Origin: a virus
Lineage: Duplodnaviria; Heunggongvirae; Uroviricota; Caudoviricetes
DNA length: 64,000 bases
IMG/VR virus record: IMGVR_UViG_3300011008_000003
Reading direction: 5' to 3' (one strand)
Shown: positions 1 to 8,735 of the stretch, in pieces
How positions within the stretch are numbered: position 1 is the first letter of the stretch
Layout of the letters: each line of letters starts with the position of its first letter
The notes under the pieces: model-generated
Told to the model about the DNA's origin: nothing
Database searches by the model: none
The model's input: the letters and a program-made list of their open reading frames with translations, nothing else
Made by a program: the position numbers and the translations under genes

Positions 1-485
1 AGTGCCGTCATGGCGGCGCTGATATTTTCGAATTCTTTTCTGCTGGTACAGAGTTCTTCGATTGACGTGCCGGTTTCCTTGGACTGTTTTAGGAGTCTTT
101 TGAGCCGGAGTCTTTCGTTCTGGGGAACATGGATAAGGTCATCGTGGTTGAAGATATATGAGTTGATTGACTGTCGGATCCACCATACGGCATAGGAAAT
201 GAACTTGTTGCCTGTATCGGGCGAGAAGGAATCGATAGCCCTCATGAGGCCTGTGACTCCGATATTGATAAGTTCGCCCCTTGTGGAGTTATTGGCTGAG
301 TACTTGTTGGCGACCGATATGACGAATGGAATATGGTTGTCGGCTATCCTTTTCTTGGCTTCTTTCTTTATGGTCATTGAAATTTTCGGATTCTTGATGA
401 TTTTAAAGTATGCCAATTCGGTTTCTTCTGGCATACGTTTCCTATTGGCCAAGTCCGCCAAAAAGTTCTTATAGCTGCGCTCCAT
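1..485 (-). CDS. Phage-encoded sigma70-family RNA polymerase sigma factor (5' part; runs off window edge)
   Basis: Manual translation from ATG 485: MERSYKNFLADL...ADNHIPFVISVANKY...ELINIGVTGLMRAIDSFSPDTGNKFISYAVWWIRQSI = sigma70 region 2; AAGGA RBS; not in ORF track. Confidence 0.9.
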   Translation of the reverse strand, partial: MERSYKNFLADLANRKRMPEETELAYFKIIKNPKISMTIKKEAKKRIADNHIPFVISVANKYSANNSTRGELINIGVTGLMRAIDSFSPDTGNKFISYAVWWIRQSINSYIFNHDDLIHVPQNERLRLKRLLKQSKETGTSIEELCTSRKEFENISAAMTA

Positions 486-544
486 ATACAATTTCCTTAT
501 ATCATATGCCCGTGGATATATGTCGGGCTGTTCCTAATAGATCA

Positions 545-573
545 ATATAGCAATACCGACATGTTTTGTAAAC
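545..573 (-). promoter_or_regulatory. Promoter of sigma gene (TTTACA-N17-TATATT)
   Basis: Minus strand TTTACA aaacatgtcggtattgc TATATT, same consensus as the other cassette promoters. Confidence 0.75.
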
Positions 574-593
574 CCCGTATTGCCATGTAATAC

Positions 594-628
594 AAAAAAC
601 CCGCCGGATTCGAATCGGCGGGCCTTTT
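594..628 (-). terminator. Intrinsic terminator after thyA
   Basis: CCCGCCG/CGGCGGG hairpin with T-run on minus strand. Confidence 0.75.
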
Positions 629-645
629 GAAATATATTCGGTATG

Positions 646-1491
646 TTAGACTGCAACGGGCATCTTTATGGCCGGGTGGCACTTGTAATCGATTAATTCG
701 AAATCGGTATAATGCCAGTCTTCTATAGTCCAGCCAGGTTTTGTATTAAGGATTTTGACTGACGGGAGAGGATAAGGTTCCCTGGTCAGCTGTTCCTTTA
801 CGCCGTCGATCTGGTTGACATAGATGTGGGAATCGGCGAAGAATCCGATAAGCTTGCCCGGTTTCAACCCGGTTTCGGTACAGATCAGGGTCAGCAGCAT
901 GGCGTACGATGCTATGTCGTAAGGCACGCCGATAGGGAAATCGGAGCTTCTCTGGTTCCACAATAAATCTACGTATCCTTCATTTGACAGGAGCTGGAAG
1001 CAGTAATGGCACGGCGGGAGAGCCATTTCATTAAGCTGTTGCGGGTTCCAGGCAGACACGATCATGCGGCGATCCGTAGGATTCGTCTTCAACGTATTGA
1101 TGGCGTTCCTGAGCTGGTTGATGCCGGAATCGTTGAAATTGGTCCACTGATAGCCATAAATCTTGCCGAGATCGTCTTCTTCGGCCATCTTTTTCTGGGT
1201 TTCCGGGTCTGTAGAATAGGGAATCTTACTTGGATTACACCAGGAATCCCATATATGGCAGTTACGATCCTGGAGAAATTTCTTGGAATTCCCGCCGTGA
1301 ATAAACATTTCGAGTTCCGCGCAGATGTTCTTGAGGCCCATTTTCTTGGTAGTCATGAGCGGGAACTTGCCGGTTGACATGTCGAATTCCAGCATGGTAC
1401 CCGAAATCGATAAAGTATCTACGCCGGTACGGTTGTGTTTGGTCCTGCCTTCGTAGAGAATTCTCTTAAGTACGTCGATATACTGTTTCAT
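646..1491 (-). CDS. thyA: Thymidylate synthase family enzyme (Asp at the E. coli N177-equivalent position)
   Basis: RTGVDT, ELEMFI, MALPPCH catalytic Cys, QRSSD, DSHIY motifs. Confidence 0.93.
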   Translation of the reverse strand: MKQYIDVLKRILYEGRTKHNRTGVDTLSISGTMLEFDMSTGKFPLMTTKKMGLKNICAELEMFIHGGNSKKFLQDRNCHIWDSWCNPSKIPYSTDPETQKKMAEEDDLGKIYGYQWTNFNDSGINQLRNAINTLKTNPTDRRMIVSAWNPQQLNEMALPPCHYCFQLLSNEGYVDLLWNQRSSDFPIGVPYDIASYAMLLTLICTETGLKPGKLIGFFADSHIYVNQIDGVKEQLTREPYPLPSVKILNTKPGWTIEDWHYTDFELIDYKCHPAIKMPVAV

Positions 1492-2007
1492 TTATTTCTC
1501 CATTGCCTTGATTAGGCTATCAATAAACCTTTGTCTTACGATGTTCTGGCCGGCATAGTGGTTGCCTTCGTTGACCTGAATCATCATCTTGTTAAGTTTG
1601 GATTCCTCGAACTTCTTTATAAAGTCTTCCTGTTCTTCCTGTCTACGGCTGAAGTCATGAGACTTGCCGTCGTCCTGCATGATATTGAAATCCGTAGTAT
1701 AGAGAAGTATAAAGTATGTATTCTTTAAGTTATCCCTGTACTCGTCTTCCATAATCCTTACATAGTTCGGGCTGTAGTCCCTATATCTCGGGGCGTAGAC
1801 CAGTTCGTCCCAGTGGCCTCTGTTGAACACGACATGATCCTGGTACGCCAGTGTCATGAAGTAATCCAGGTACTGTGACTTGGACCAGGTTAACGGATCC
1901 GAATCCTTCGGCGGCTTGTCCAGGTGGATTTCCTTATAGCCTTTCAGAATCCGTCTAATAAAAGTATTCTTACCAATTCTATCTATTCCAGTAATCACGA
2001 AATTCAT
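1492..2007 (-). CDS. dNMP/thymidylate kinase-like P-loop protein
   Basis: GIDRIGKNT P-loop, FNRGHWDELVY motif; abuts thyA. Confidence 0.75.
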   Translation of the reverse strand: MNFVITGIDRIGKNTFIRRILKGYKEIHLDKPPKDSDPLTWSKSQYLDYFMTLAYQDHVVFNRGHWDELVYAPRYRDYSPNYVRIMEDEYRDNLKNTYFILLYTTDFNIMQDDGKSHDFSRRQEEQEDFIKKFEESKLNKMMIQVNEGNHYAGQNIVRQRFIDSLIKAMEK

Positions 2008-3038
2008 TAAGCTTGTTCCTTGTAAGTAGTGTATAAATCCATAAAGCCTTCGTATATCTTGGCCTTGTCTACCGTGGTATTGTACTGTTCTAGGTAGTTA
2101 TTGAACAATGTCACGATGTTAAGGTCACCGGTATCTATGTCGTCGTCTTCCGATTCGGCTGTCAGGTAGTTGATGTTTACCGGGTATGCGGGTTTCAACT
2201 TCTCGAGTTTCTGAACATAGAGTTCGACTTTCTTGGTCTGGTCGAAGTATTCAGGCGGAATGTCGAGGTCGACCACGTTATTGGCGATCATGTTCATGTC
2301 GGCATTCGGATAGGTATGCTTGGTGAACTTGATAGATACTCTGTTCTCTACGAATTCGATTTCGCCTGACCTTATGTCCAGAATATGATAGCCTCTTTGG
2401 CCGTCCCTGTCGATTCGGGTAAGCTGGTAAGGCGCGCCGAGATAAGAAATCGATTTACCCTGTTCATATTTCCTGGTTACCTTGGTATGGTAATGACCAG
2501 TATATACCGTATTGACATGATCCAGAACATACGCTGCGGTCAGGCCGACATCGCTTGGACGCCCGCCGCCGACATCGAAAGTCATAATATCGGCATGCAT
2601 GAAGGCGTAATCGTACTTGTTATTACCGAAAATATCAGAAGTATAGTCGGTAATCCACGGCTGGAAACGTATTGTTCTACCGTCGATATATTCTGTAACG
2701 GCATCTTCATATACTGTGACATTCGGCAAAAGGGAGAGAATCTTTAAAGAATTCACACCCAGGTCAGTGTTATAGAACATGTCGTGGTTGCCGACGATGA
2801 TACGGATATTGAAATCCTTTAAGACATTCTTGAAGAGATCGATGACTCGGTTGATTGTCGGTAAAGTTATCGCTTTTCTCTGGTCGAATACGTCTCCCAA
2901 AATCCAAATATCATTAATATTTCGTTTTTTTAAATCCACTACAAGTTGTTCAGTGAAAAACTTATACTGAGAATTAAAAAAAGTTTCATCATCGCGTTTT
3001 ATACCGATATGCAAATCAGCTAGCATTGCAATTTTCAT
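2007..3038 (-). CDS. Recombination endonuclease subunit, T4 gp47 / Mre11-SbcD-like
   Basis: DLHIG, GDVFD, GNHD, GHYH metallophosphoesterase motifs; linked to gp46. Confidence 0.93.
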   Translation of the reverse strand: MKIAMLADLHIGIKRDDETFFNSQYKFFTEQLVVDLKKRNINDIWILGDVFDQRKAITLPTINRVIDLFKNVLKDFNIRIIVGNHDMFYNTDLGVNSLKILSLLPNVTVYEDAVTEYIDGRTIRFQPWITDYTSDIFGNNKYDYAFMHADIMTFDVGGGRPSDVGLTAAYVLDHVNTVYTGHYHTKVTRKYEQGKSISYLGAPYQLTRIDRDGQRGYHILDIRSGEIEFVENRVSIKFTKHTYPNADMNMIANNVVDLDIPPEYFDQTKKVELYVQKLEKLKPAYPVNINYLTAESEDDDIDTGDLNIVTLFNNYLEQYNTTVDKAKIYEGFMDLYTTYKEQA

Positions 3039-3984
3039 AAATAATACCCAAAATATATTTTTTAACCTGTTCTTTAGTATTTAACCAATCATATTCTTTA
3101 ATATGTATTAATTTTACATTTAACTGTTGACATTTTTCATCTTTTTCTTTATCGCGTTTCCATATATCGGTTGCCAACAAATTACCTCTTATAATATCAT
3201 CTTCCTTATAAAATCTAGGGTCAGCATGCCAATATGTTCCGTCAAATTCAAATCCTAAGTTTAAATCTGGTAAATATATATCTATTTCTTTTCTTTTTAA
3301 AATTGATGTCGTATTTTCTAATATTATACCATGATAGTTTTCTTTAATAAAATTAAATAATTCTTTCTCCAAATAACTATAACCAGTATAATGCATATCT
3401 TTCATACATTTAGGGCAAAATACTTTATTATATCGTTTAATAATCCTATTAAATTGCGCAGTAGATATTTTGAAATTTGTATTGCATTCATTACAATATA
3501 AAAAATACCAATATTTTGTTTTACTTATACAAACAATATTATTTTGATTTAATATTGTATTATATTTTTTAATTGTATTATTTTTTCTAGTAGTAATATA
3601 TTTTTCTTGTATTATAGCAGATTGTGCAGAACTATCTGCATTATATCTTTTTCTAAATGTTTGTCGTGCCTTATCTTTTATTAATTTAGACTGCCTTGGA
3701 TTTTTAACTCCATATTTTTTAAAACATGTAGCTTCTGCTTCTTGTTTAAAACTTGGTGATAAAAATTTACATGTACCAGAACACCATTTTTTATATCCTT
3801 TTATAAGACTTACAAATTTTGTAGGCTTATCACAATATAAACATTTACCGTCCTTTTCATTTTTTAAATATAAATCATAATATTCTTTTATTGTTATATT
3901 TTTATGACATAAACGTATATGATTACTTAATGAACGTAAATTATTACATTCTTTATTACATATTTTACATATAATTTTATACAT
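3016..3984 (-). CDS. Putative free-standing homing endonuclease (Zn fingers + C-terminal Vsr/DUF559-like nuclease)
   Basis: CKIC..H..H, CLYC, CNEC/CPKC, KKYGVKNP, EIDIYLPDLNLGFEFDGTYWH; much more AT-rich than neighbours; overlaps gp47 start. Confidence 0.75.
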   Translation of the reverse strand: MYKIICKICNKECNNLRSLSNHIRLCHKNITIKEYYDLYLKNEKDGKCLYCDKPTKFVSLIKGYKKWCSGTCKFLSPSFKQEAEATCFKKYGVKNPRQSKLIKDKARQTFRKRYNADSSAQSAIIQEKYITTRKNNTIKKYNTILNQNNIVCISKTKYWYFLYCNECNTNFKISTAQFNRIIKRYNKVFCPKCMKDMHYTGYSYLEKELFNFIKENYHGIILENTTSILKRKEIDIYLPDLNLGFEFDGTYWHADPRFYKEDDIIRGNLLATDIWKRDKEKDEKCQQLNVKLIHIKEYDWLNTKEQVKKYILGIIYENCNAS

Positions 3985-3993
3985 AAAAATTTA

Positions 3994-4248
3994 TTAAGTG
4001 TTTTTAGCCTTGGCTACTGCGTCCTTGAATTCTTCGTAGACGACGATCTTGCCGTCTATCATAGGACAAATATAGAATTTTACCGGGTCGCCGTTGTGAA
4101 TTTTGTATTTAAACTGAATTTTCGTATTCGGCAGGTAGAATTCCTTAATCTCCGATTCGAAGAGATCGACTTCCTTGCACTTGAAGCCGGCGCGTTCGCA
4201 ATACAGGATTGCGTCATTGAATGTAATCTGAATCCATTTATTATCCAT
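3994..4248 (-). CDS. Hypothetical protein
   Basis: Coupled to gp46 stop, AAGGT RBS. Confidence 0.75.
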   Translation of the reverse strand: MDNKWIQITFNDAILYCERAGFKCKEVDLFESEIKEFYLPNTKIQFKYKIHNGDPVKFYICPMIDGKIVVYEEFKDAVAKAKNT

Positions 4249-6004
4249 AAATTACCTTTAAGTTACTGTATCCGTGTTCTTTCTTGATTTCTATCTTGGA
4301 CGCCACTTCTACGTTCATTTCATTAAGCTTATGCGAAATGATATAGAAACCCAATTTCTTTTTCTTGTTCTTGGCAATCATATTCTTTAAAGTAGAAATG
4401 AAGCCCGTGATACCGGCCGCGTCGATGTTCTGGTCGAGAAGCTCGTCGATCATGCACATGTTGCAAGACCAGTTACTGATGATTCGGCTGATGTCGAAGA
4501 AGCTGAGAAGGATAGCCATGTCGATTCTGGTACGCTCGCCTGCAGAGAAACCCTCGTATGATCTCGGCAGGAGTTCGACAGTAAAGGATTCTTCCATCTG
4601 TTCGTTGAACGTCAGTTCGGTATTCTTAAGCTCGAAATCCTTTAAGTATGCGTTGACAGTCTTATTAAGGATTCCGGTAAGCTTACGGAAGAAGTACGTC
4701 TTGATGCCGTCGTCACCGAGGATGTTTACCAGTTCGGTATCGACCTTGATTTCTTCTTCCAGGCCGTCAATGTCGTGCTTTAACGCATCCGAAGCTGCTT
4801 CGAGCTCGGTAATCCTGTTTTCAGCATCAGACGTGTCGGCTGGACAGGTCTTATTGTTTTCCGCGTCCAGATTATCAAGTTCCTTGTCGAGTTCCGACTG
4901 TGCAGAGTTCTTAGCAACTTCCTCGCCTCGTATCTTTGTCTTAATCGTCTGAATGAATTCCTGCGCTTTGCGGTATTCATCGATCGCAGCGCGGTACGTA
5001 TTGAACTTTTCCTGGAGAGCCGGGATAATCTTCTTTTCGTTTTCATCATATTCTTCCTTCATCTGGTCAAGATGCTTCTTTGCATGTCCTTCATCCAAAG
5101 GCGAGCCGCATACCGGACAGGTCGGCTTCTTCGAAAGCTTTTCCAGCGTACTCGAAATCCGTTCCATAGTGGAATAGGCCATACCGATTTGTCTGTCAAT
5201 ACTAGACACCTCGTTGGCATCAGGACACTCTGGAAGCTTTTCAGTCAGCTCGACGATCTTCTTGTTCGCCATCTCGATATTGCTGTCGGCCTTCTTGATT
5301 CTGTCTTGGCAAGCCTTGATAGAATTGTTAATACGCTGTAAGTTCGCCGTTTTTATCTCGTTGAAACTGTTAATATATTCATTAAGCTTTTTCACATGGG
5401 ACTGGTTGTCTACAATCTGTCTCGTGATTCCATTAAGCTCTGTGGTCTTCAACGCCTGTTCGGAAGCCTTTAACGATTTTCTCTTCTTGACATCCTTGCA
5501 CATAAGGCCGAGGACGTCGATATTAAAGATATTTTCGATTAAGGTTCTTTTCTCGCCGATAGACAGGCTGAGGAACGGCTTGTTGTTGGTAACGCCCATG
5601 GCGACGATATTCTTGAAGAGACGGAAGTTAATCCCGAGCAGCTTGTCGATTTCGTCCTGATTAAGCTTCTTGGAAGAAAGTAGATCCAGTTCCTGTCCGT
5701 TCTTGAGGAATTCGAACTTGGCCGGCTTTAATCCCCTGGTAATTGTATAAAGGTCTTTTCCGATTTTGAAGTCAACCGTGACCTCTAGTCCCTTCCCGTT
5801 CTGTACGTTGACGAGCTCGCCCATCTTGATGTCTCGGTACGGTTTGCCGAAGAGGGCGAATGTCAGAGCGTCCAGGATGGTAGACTTTCCGGCTCCGTTG
5901 ACGGCCATGATTGTATTAAATCCCGGTTGGAATTCAATCTCCGCGCCGGCAGCGCCATAGGACATGATATTAGAAAAACTAAGTTTCTTAAATTCTACAA
6001 ACAT
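4241..6004 (-). CDS. Recombination ATPase, T4 gp46 / Rad50-SbcC-like
   Basis: NGAGKS Walker A, coiled coil with CPVC zinc hook, FSAGE signature, IDE Walker B, IISH. Confidence 0.95.
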   Translation of the reverse strand: MFVEFKKLSFSNIMSYGAAGAEIEFQPGFNTIMAVNGAGKSTILDALTFALFGKPYRDIKMGELVNVQNGKGLEVTVDFKIGKDLYTITRGLKPAKFEFLKNGQELDLLSSKKLNQDEIDKLLGINFRLFKNIVAMGVTNNKPFLSLSIGEKRTLIENIFNIDVLGLMCKDVKKRKSLKASEQALKTTELNGITRQIVDNQSHVKKLNEYINSFNEIKTANLQRINNSIKACQDRIKKADSNIEMANKKIVELTEKLPECPDANEVSSIDRQIGMAYSTMERISSTLEKLSKKPTCPVCGSPLDEGHAKKHLDQMKEEYDENEKKIIPALQEKFNTYRAAIDEYRKAQEFIQTIKTKIRGEEVAKNSAQSELDKELDNLDAENNKTCPADTSDAENRITELEAASDALKHDIDGLEEEIKVDTELVNILGDDGIKTYFFRKLTGILNKTVNAYLKDFELKNTELTFNEQMEESFTVELLPRSYEGFSAGERTRIDMAILLSFFDISRIISNWSCNMCMIDELLDQNIDAAGITGFISTLKNMIAKNKKKKLGFYIISHKLNEMNVEVASKIEIKKEHGYSNLKVIYG

Positions 6005-6129
6005 ACTGGATTAAATATAGAAATATTAATTAAGTTTACGAATGTTTGCGTTTTTATCTGGAAATTAGAAAATATACAGAATATTTTTATTAAATGAAAT
6101 CGATTAAGAAAATTTTCTATATTCGAGAT

Positions 6130-6785
6130 GTAAAAAGATCTTAACGTAATAAGTTCGCAGCATGATGATCGTTATATATAATATAAATGGTCTGGAAACG
6201 AAAGGATATTACGTTAAGTTTAAGGTAGCATCGGCTACCTGAGTCCTGTTCGCAACCGAACGTTTTTTATTACATAGCCAACCAGGTTTTGACAACCACA
6301 GGCAAGAAATCCAGAATCCGAGCGGTCTTCCTAAAGTCCATGCAACATTGGGCGAGGCACCTAAAGAGTCTGGTCGGGTCGGCCCGAGTCAGCAAGCCGC
6401 ATTCGAAAACCCGAAGCCTGACATTGAAGTATTGCCTAGCGAACAATACATATAGCCGCCATTGGCGACATAGGATGTAGCCGGAGTACAGGATGACCAA
6501 CCCGTAAGCCTATGTGTAAGTCCCGAAGATCGACGACATACGGAATACTCAGTGAAGTATGAATCGGTCGTGAGTCTCAGAAGAGATTTTCAGATTCCTT
6601 CTAAGGCTCATGATCTCAGAGCAGCCGAGCCTCGTGAAGAAGTGAATCAAATTCGACTTTACAAAGTATAAAGATTACGGCACTCCAAGTCGATCAAAAT
6701 CTACTAAGTCGATCGAATCGATCAAAGAATAAAATTTATAATATTATTAATGGGAGGAGTCTGCTCCCAGAAACCATTAAGAAAA
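6130..6785 (+). ncRNA. Candidate large structured non-coding RNA (~650 nt)
   Basis: No credible ORF; TATATT box at ~6118; many stems (TTAACGTAAT/ATTACGTTAA, GGTAGC/GCTACC, GTATTG/CAATAC, ACATAGG/CCTATGT, TGAGTCTCAGAAG/CTTCTAAGGCTCA, TTAATGG/CCATTAA). Confidence 0.6.
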
Positions 6786-6839
6786 ATCCAGAAAAAATTC
6801 ATTAAATAAACCGTCCGCGCGGTTTTTTTCTATATTATA

Positions 6840-6928
6840 ACATGTGTTAAGGCTTCGTAATCCTTGGCATATTTCTCATAATAACCAATTAATACGGTCT
6901 CCTATATATCCGGGAGGCCGTATTTTTT
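6840..6928 (+). ncRNA. Candidate small RNA (hairpin + single-stranded linker + terminator)
   Basis: TATATT at ~6831; TGTGTTAAGG/CCTTGGCATA stem; terminator AATACGGTCTCC/GGAGGCCGTATT-T run; no ORF. Confidence 0.5.
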
Positions 6929-7015
6929 ATTAAGGATTTCCAAATAATTCCATTAAGGTTTACATTTTTATTAAAAATTGCTATATTTTAACCAGTCTTA
7001 TAAAAAGGATTAAAT

Positions 7016-8635
7016 ATGTCAAAAGAAATTTTGTTCGACGAAAATGCTCGTGTTAAGCTGATGGCCGGCGTAAATATCCTTGCCGATGCCGTATGTAGTA
7101 CTCTCGGTCCTTCTGGCCGTAATGTCATGTTGTCCAACGGTGTAGTCACCAAGGACGGCGTGTCGGTCGCCAAGGATATCAGTATGGAAGATCCGTTTGT
7201 TGATAAGGGTGTTCAGATGGCTGTAGCCGCCGCTTCCAAGACCAACGATGTCGCCGGTGACGGTACGACCTCCAGTGTCTGTCTCAGCCGCGCCATTGCC
7301 CGTGAAGGATTAAAGATTGTTGCAGCCGGCGCCAATCCGACTGAAGTAAAGGCCGGAATCGATAAAGCTGTTTCTGCTATCGTCGACCAGCTCGATAAGA
7401 ATTCCATTAAGGTAAACGACAAGAAGTCCATTGCACAGGTGGGTACTATCTCCGCTAACGGCGATACCGAAATCGGTAATATGATCGCCGATGCCATGGA
7501 CAAGGTTGGTCCGGACGGTGTTATCACTGTCGAGGAATCCAACACTGCAGAAACCGTTCTCGATGTCGTAGACGGTATGCAGTTCAATAACGGTTACCTC
7601 TCCCCGTATTTTGTAACTGACCAGGAAAAGATGGTTGCCGTTCTCGAAAACCCGGCCATCCTTATGTACGAACATAAGATTTCCAGTGTACAGGAATTGC
7701 TCCCGCATCTTGAATATATCGGCCAGTCCGGTAAGCCGTTGCTGATTATCGCAGAAGATGTTGACTCCGAAGCGCTCGCTATGTTGGTGTTGAATAAGCT
7801 CCGTGGCGCTCTAAAGGTCGTAGCTGTCAAGGCTCCTGGCTACGGCGAATCCAGGAAGAACAATCTCCGTGACATCGCGCTGCTTACCGGCGGCCACGTT
7901 GTTTCCGATGAAACAGGTGTTAAGCTTGCCGATGCAGTCACCCAGGAAATCCTTGGTTATGCCAAGACTGTTAAGGTTTCCCGTGACCATACCATTATTG
8001 TCGACGGTGCTGCTGAAAAGGAATCCGTAGACCAGCATGTCCAGACTCTTAAGGCTCAGCTCGCCTCTACCGAATCCGAATATGACAAGGCTAACCTTGC
8101 AGAACGTATTGCACGTCTGGCTGGCGGTGTCGCTGTCATTAAGGTCGGTGCAGCCACTGAAGTAGAAATGAAGGAAAAGAAAGACCGAGTGGACGATGCT
8201 CTCCATGCAACGAAGGCTGCTGTCGAAGAAGGTATTGTCGCAGGCGGCGGAACTGCCCTAATCCGTGCGGCATCCGCTGTCAAGGTCACTGGAGCTACAG
8301 CTGACGAAGAATCCGGTATTAAGATTATCATGAAGGCAGCCGAAGAACCGGCACGCCAGATTGTTAAGAATACCGGCAAGGAACCGTCCGTTGTGGTTAA
8401 CGAAATCATGAAGCGTTCCGGCAACGAAGGCTACAATGCCAAGACAGGTACGTTCGAAGACCTGGTTGAATCCGGTGTTATCGACCCGGTTAAGGTCACC
8501 AAGAACGCTCTTAAGAATGCCGCTTCTATCGCATCTATGATTCTGACGACTAACTGCGTTATCGTTGAGAAGAAGGAAGACAAGGAATGTTCTTGTCACC
8601 AGCCGCAGATGCCGATGATGCCCGGCATGATGTAA
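7016..8635 (+). CDS. groEL: Group I chaperonin GroEL (Cpn60)
   Basis: TLGP, TKDGVSVAK, GDGTT, GYLSPYF, GGVAVIKVGA, EEGIVAGGG; PMMPGMM tail; own TTTACA-N17-TATATT promoter. Confidence 0.97.
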   Translation: MSKEILFDENARVKLMAGVNILADAVCSTLGPSGRNVMLSNGVVTKDGVSVAKDISMEDPFVDKGVQMAVAAASKTNDVAGDGTTSSVCLSRAIAREGLKIVAAGANPTEVKAGIDKAVSAIVDQLDKNSIKVNDKKSIAQVGTISANGDTEIGNMIADAMDKVGPDGVITVEESNTAETVLDVVDGMQFNNGYLSPYFVTDQEKMVAVLENPAILMYEHKISSVQELLPHLEYIGQSGKPLLIIAEDVDSEALAMLVLNKLRGALKVVAVKAPGYGESRKNNLRDIALLTGGHVVSDETGVKLADAVTQEILGYAKTVKVSRDHTIIVDGAAEKESVDQHVQTLKAQLASTESEYDKANLAERIARLAGGVAVIKVGAATEVEMKEKKDRVDDALHATKAAVEEGIVAGGGTALIRAASAVKVTGATADEESGIKIIMKAAEEPARQIVKNTGKEPSVVVNEIMKRSGNEGYNAKTGTFEDLVESGVIDPVKVTKNALKNAASIASMILTTNCVIVEKKEDKECSCHQPQMPMMPGMM

Positions 8636-8658
8636 TAAGAATTCCGAGAGAGAGAACA

Positions 8659-8690
8659 GAAAGGAACACCGTTAATTCGGTGTTCCTTCA
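8659..8690. terminator. Terminator between convergent groEL and 8736 gene
   Basis: AAGGAACACCG/CGGTGTTCCTT inverted repeat. Confidence 0.75.
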
Positions 8691-8735
8691 TTGTTTATAA
8701 AGTGTTTATAATCTACTAACAATCTACTAACAATG

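Noticed and set aside
10-474. Plus-strand ORFs 10..195 and 199..474
   Set aside because: Antisense shadows of the sigma factor gene
6270-6500. ORFs 6270..6500(-) and 6289..6480(+)
   Set aside because: No RBS, non-ATG starts, atypical composition; region better explained as structured RNA
6130-6785. RNase P, tmRNA or group I/II intron identity
   Set aside because: Only a partial AAAGTCC resemblance; no matching RNase P 3' motif, tRNA-like ends, P7 core or domain V seen
8709-8735. Short duplication AATCTACTAAC x2
   Set aside because: Two copies only, in a convergent gap; no evident function
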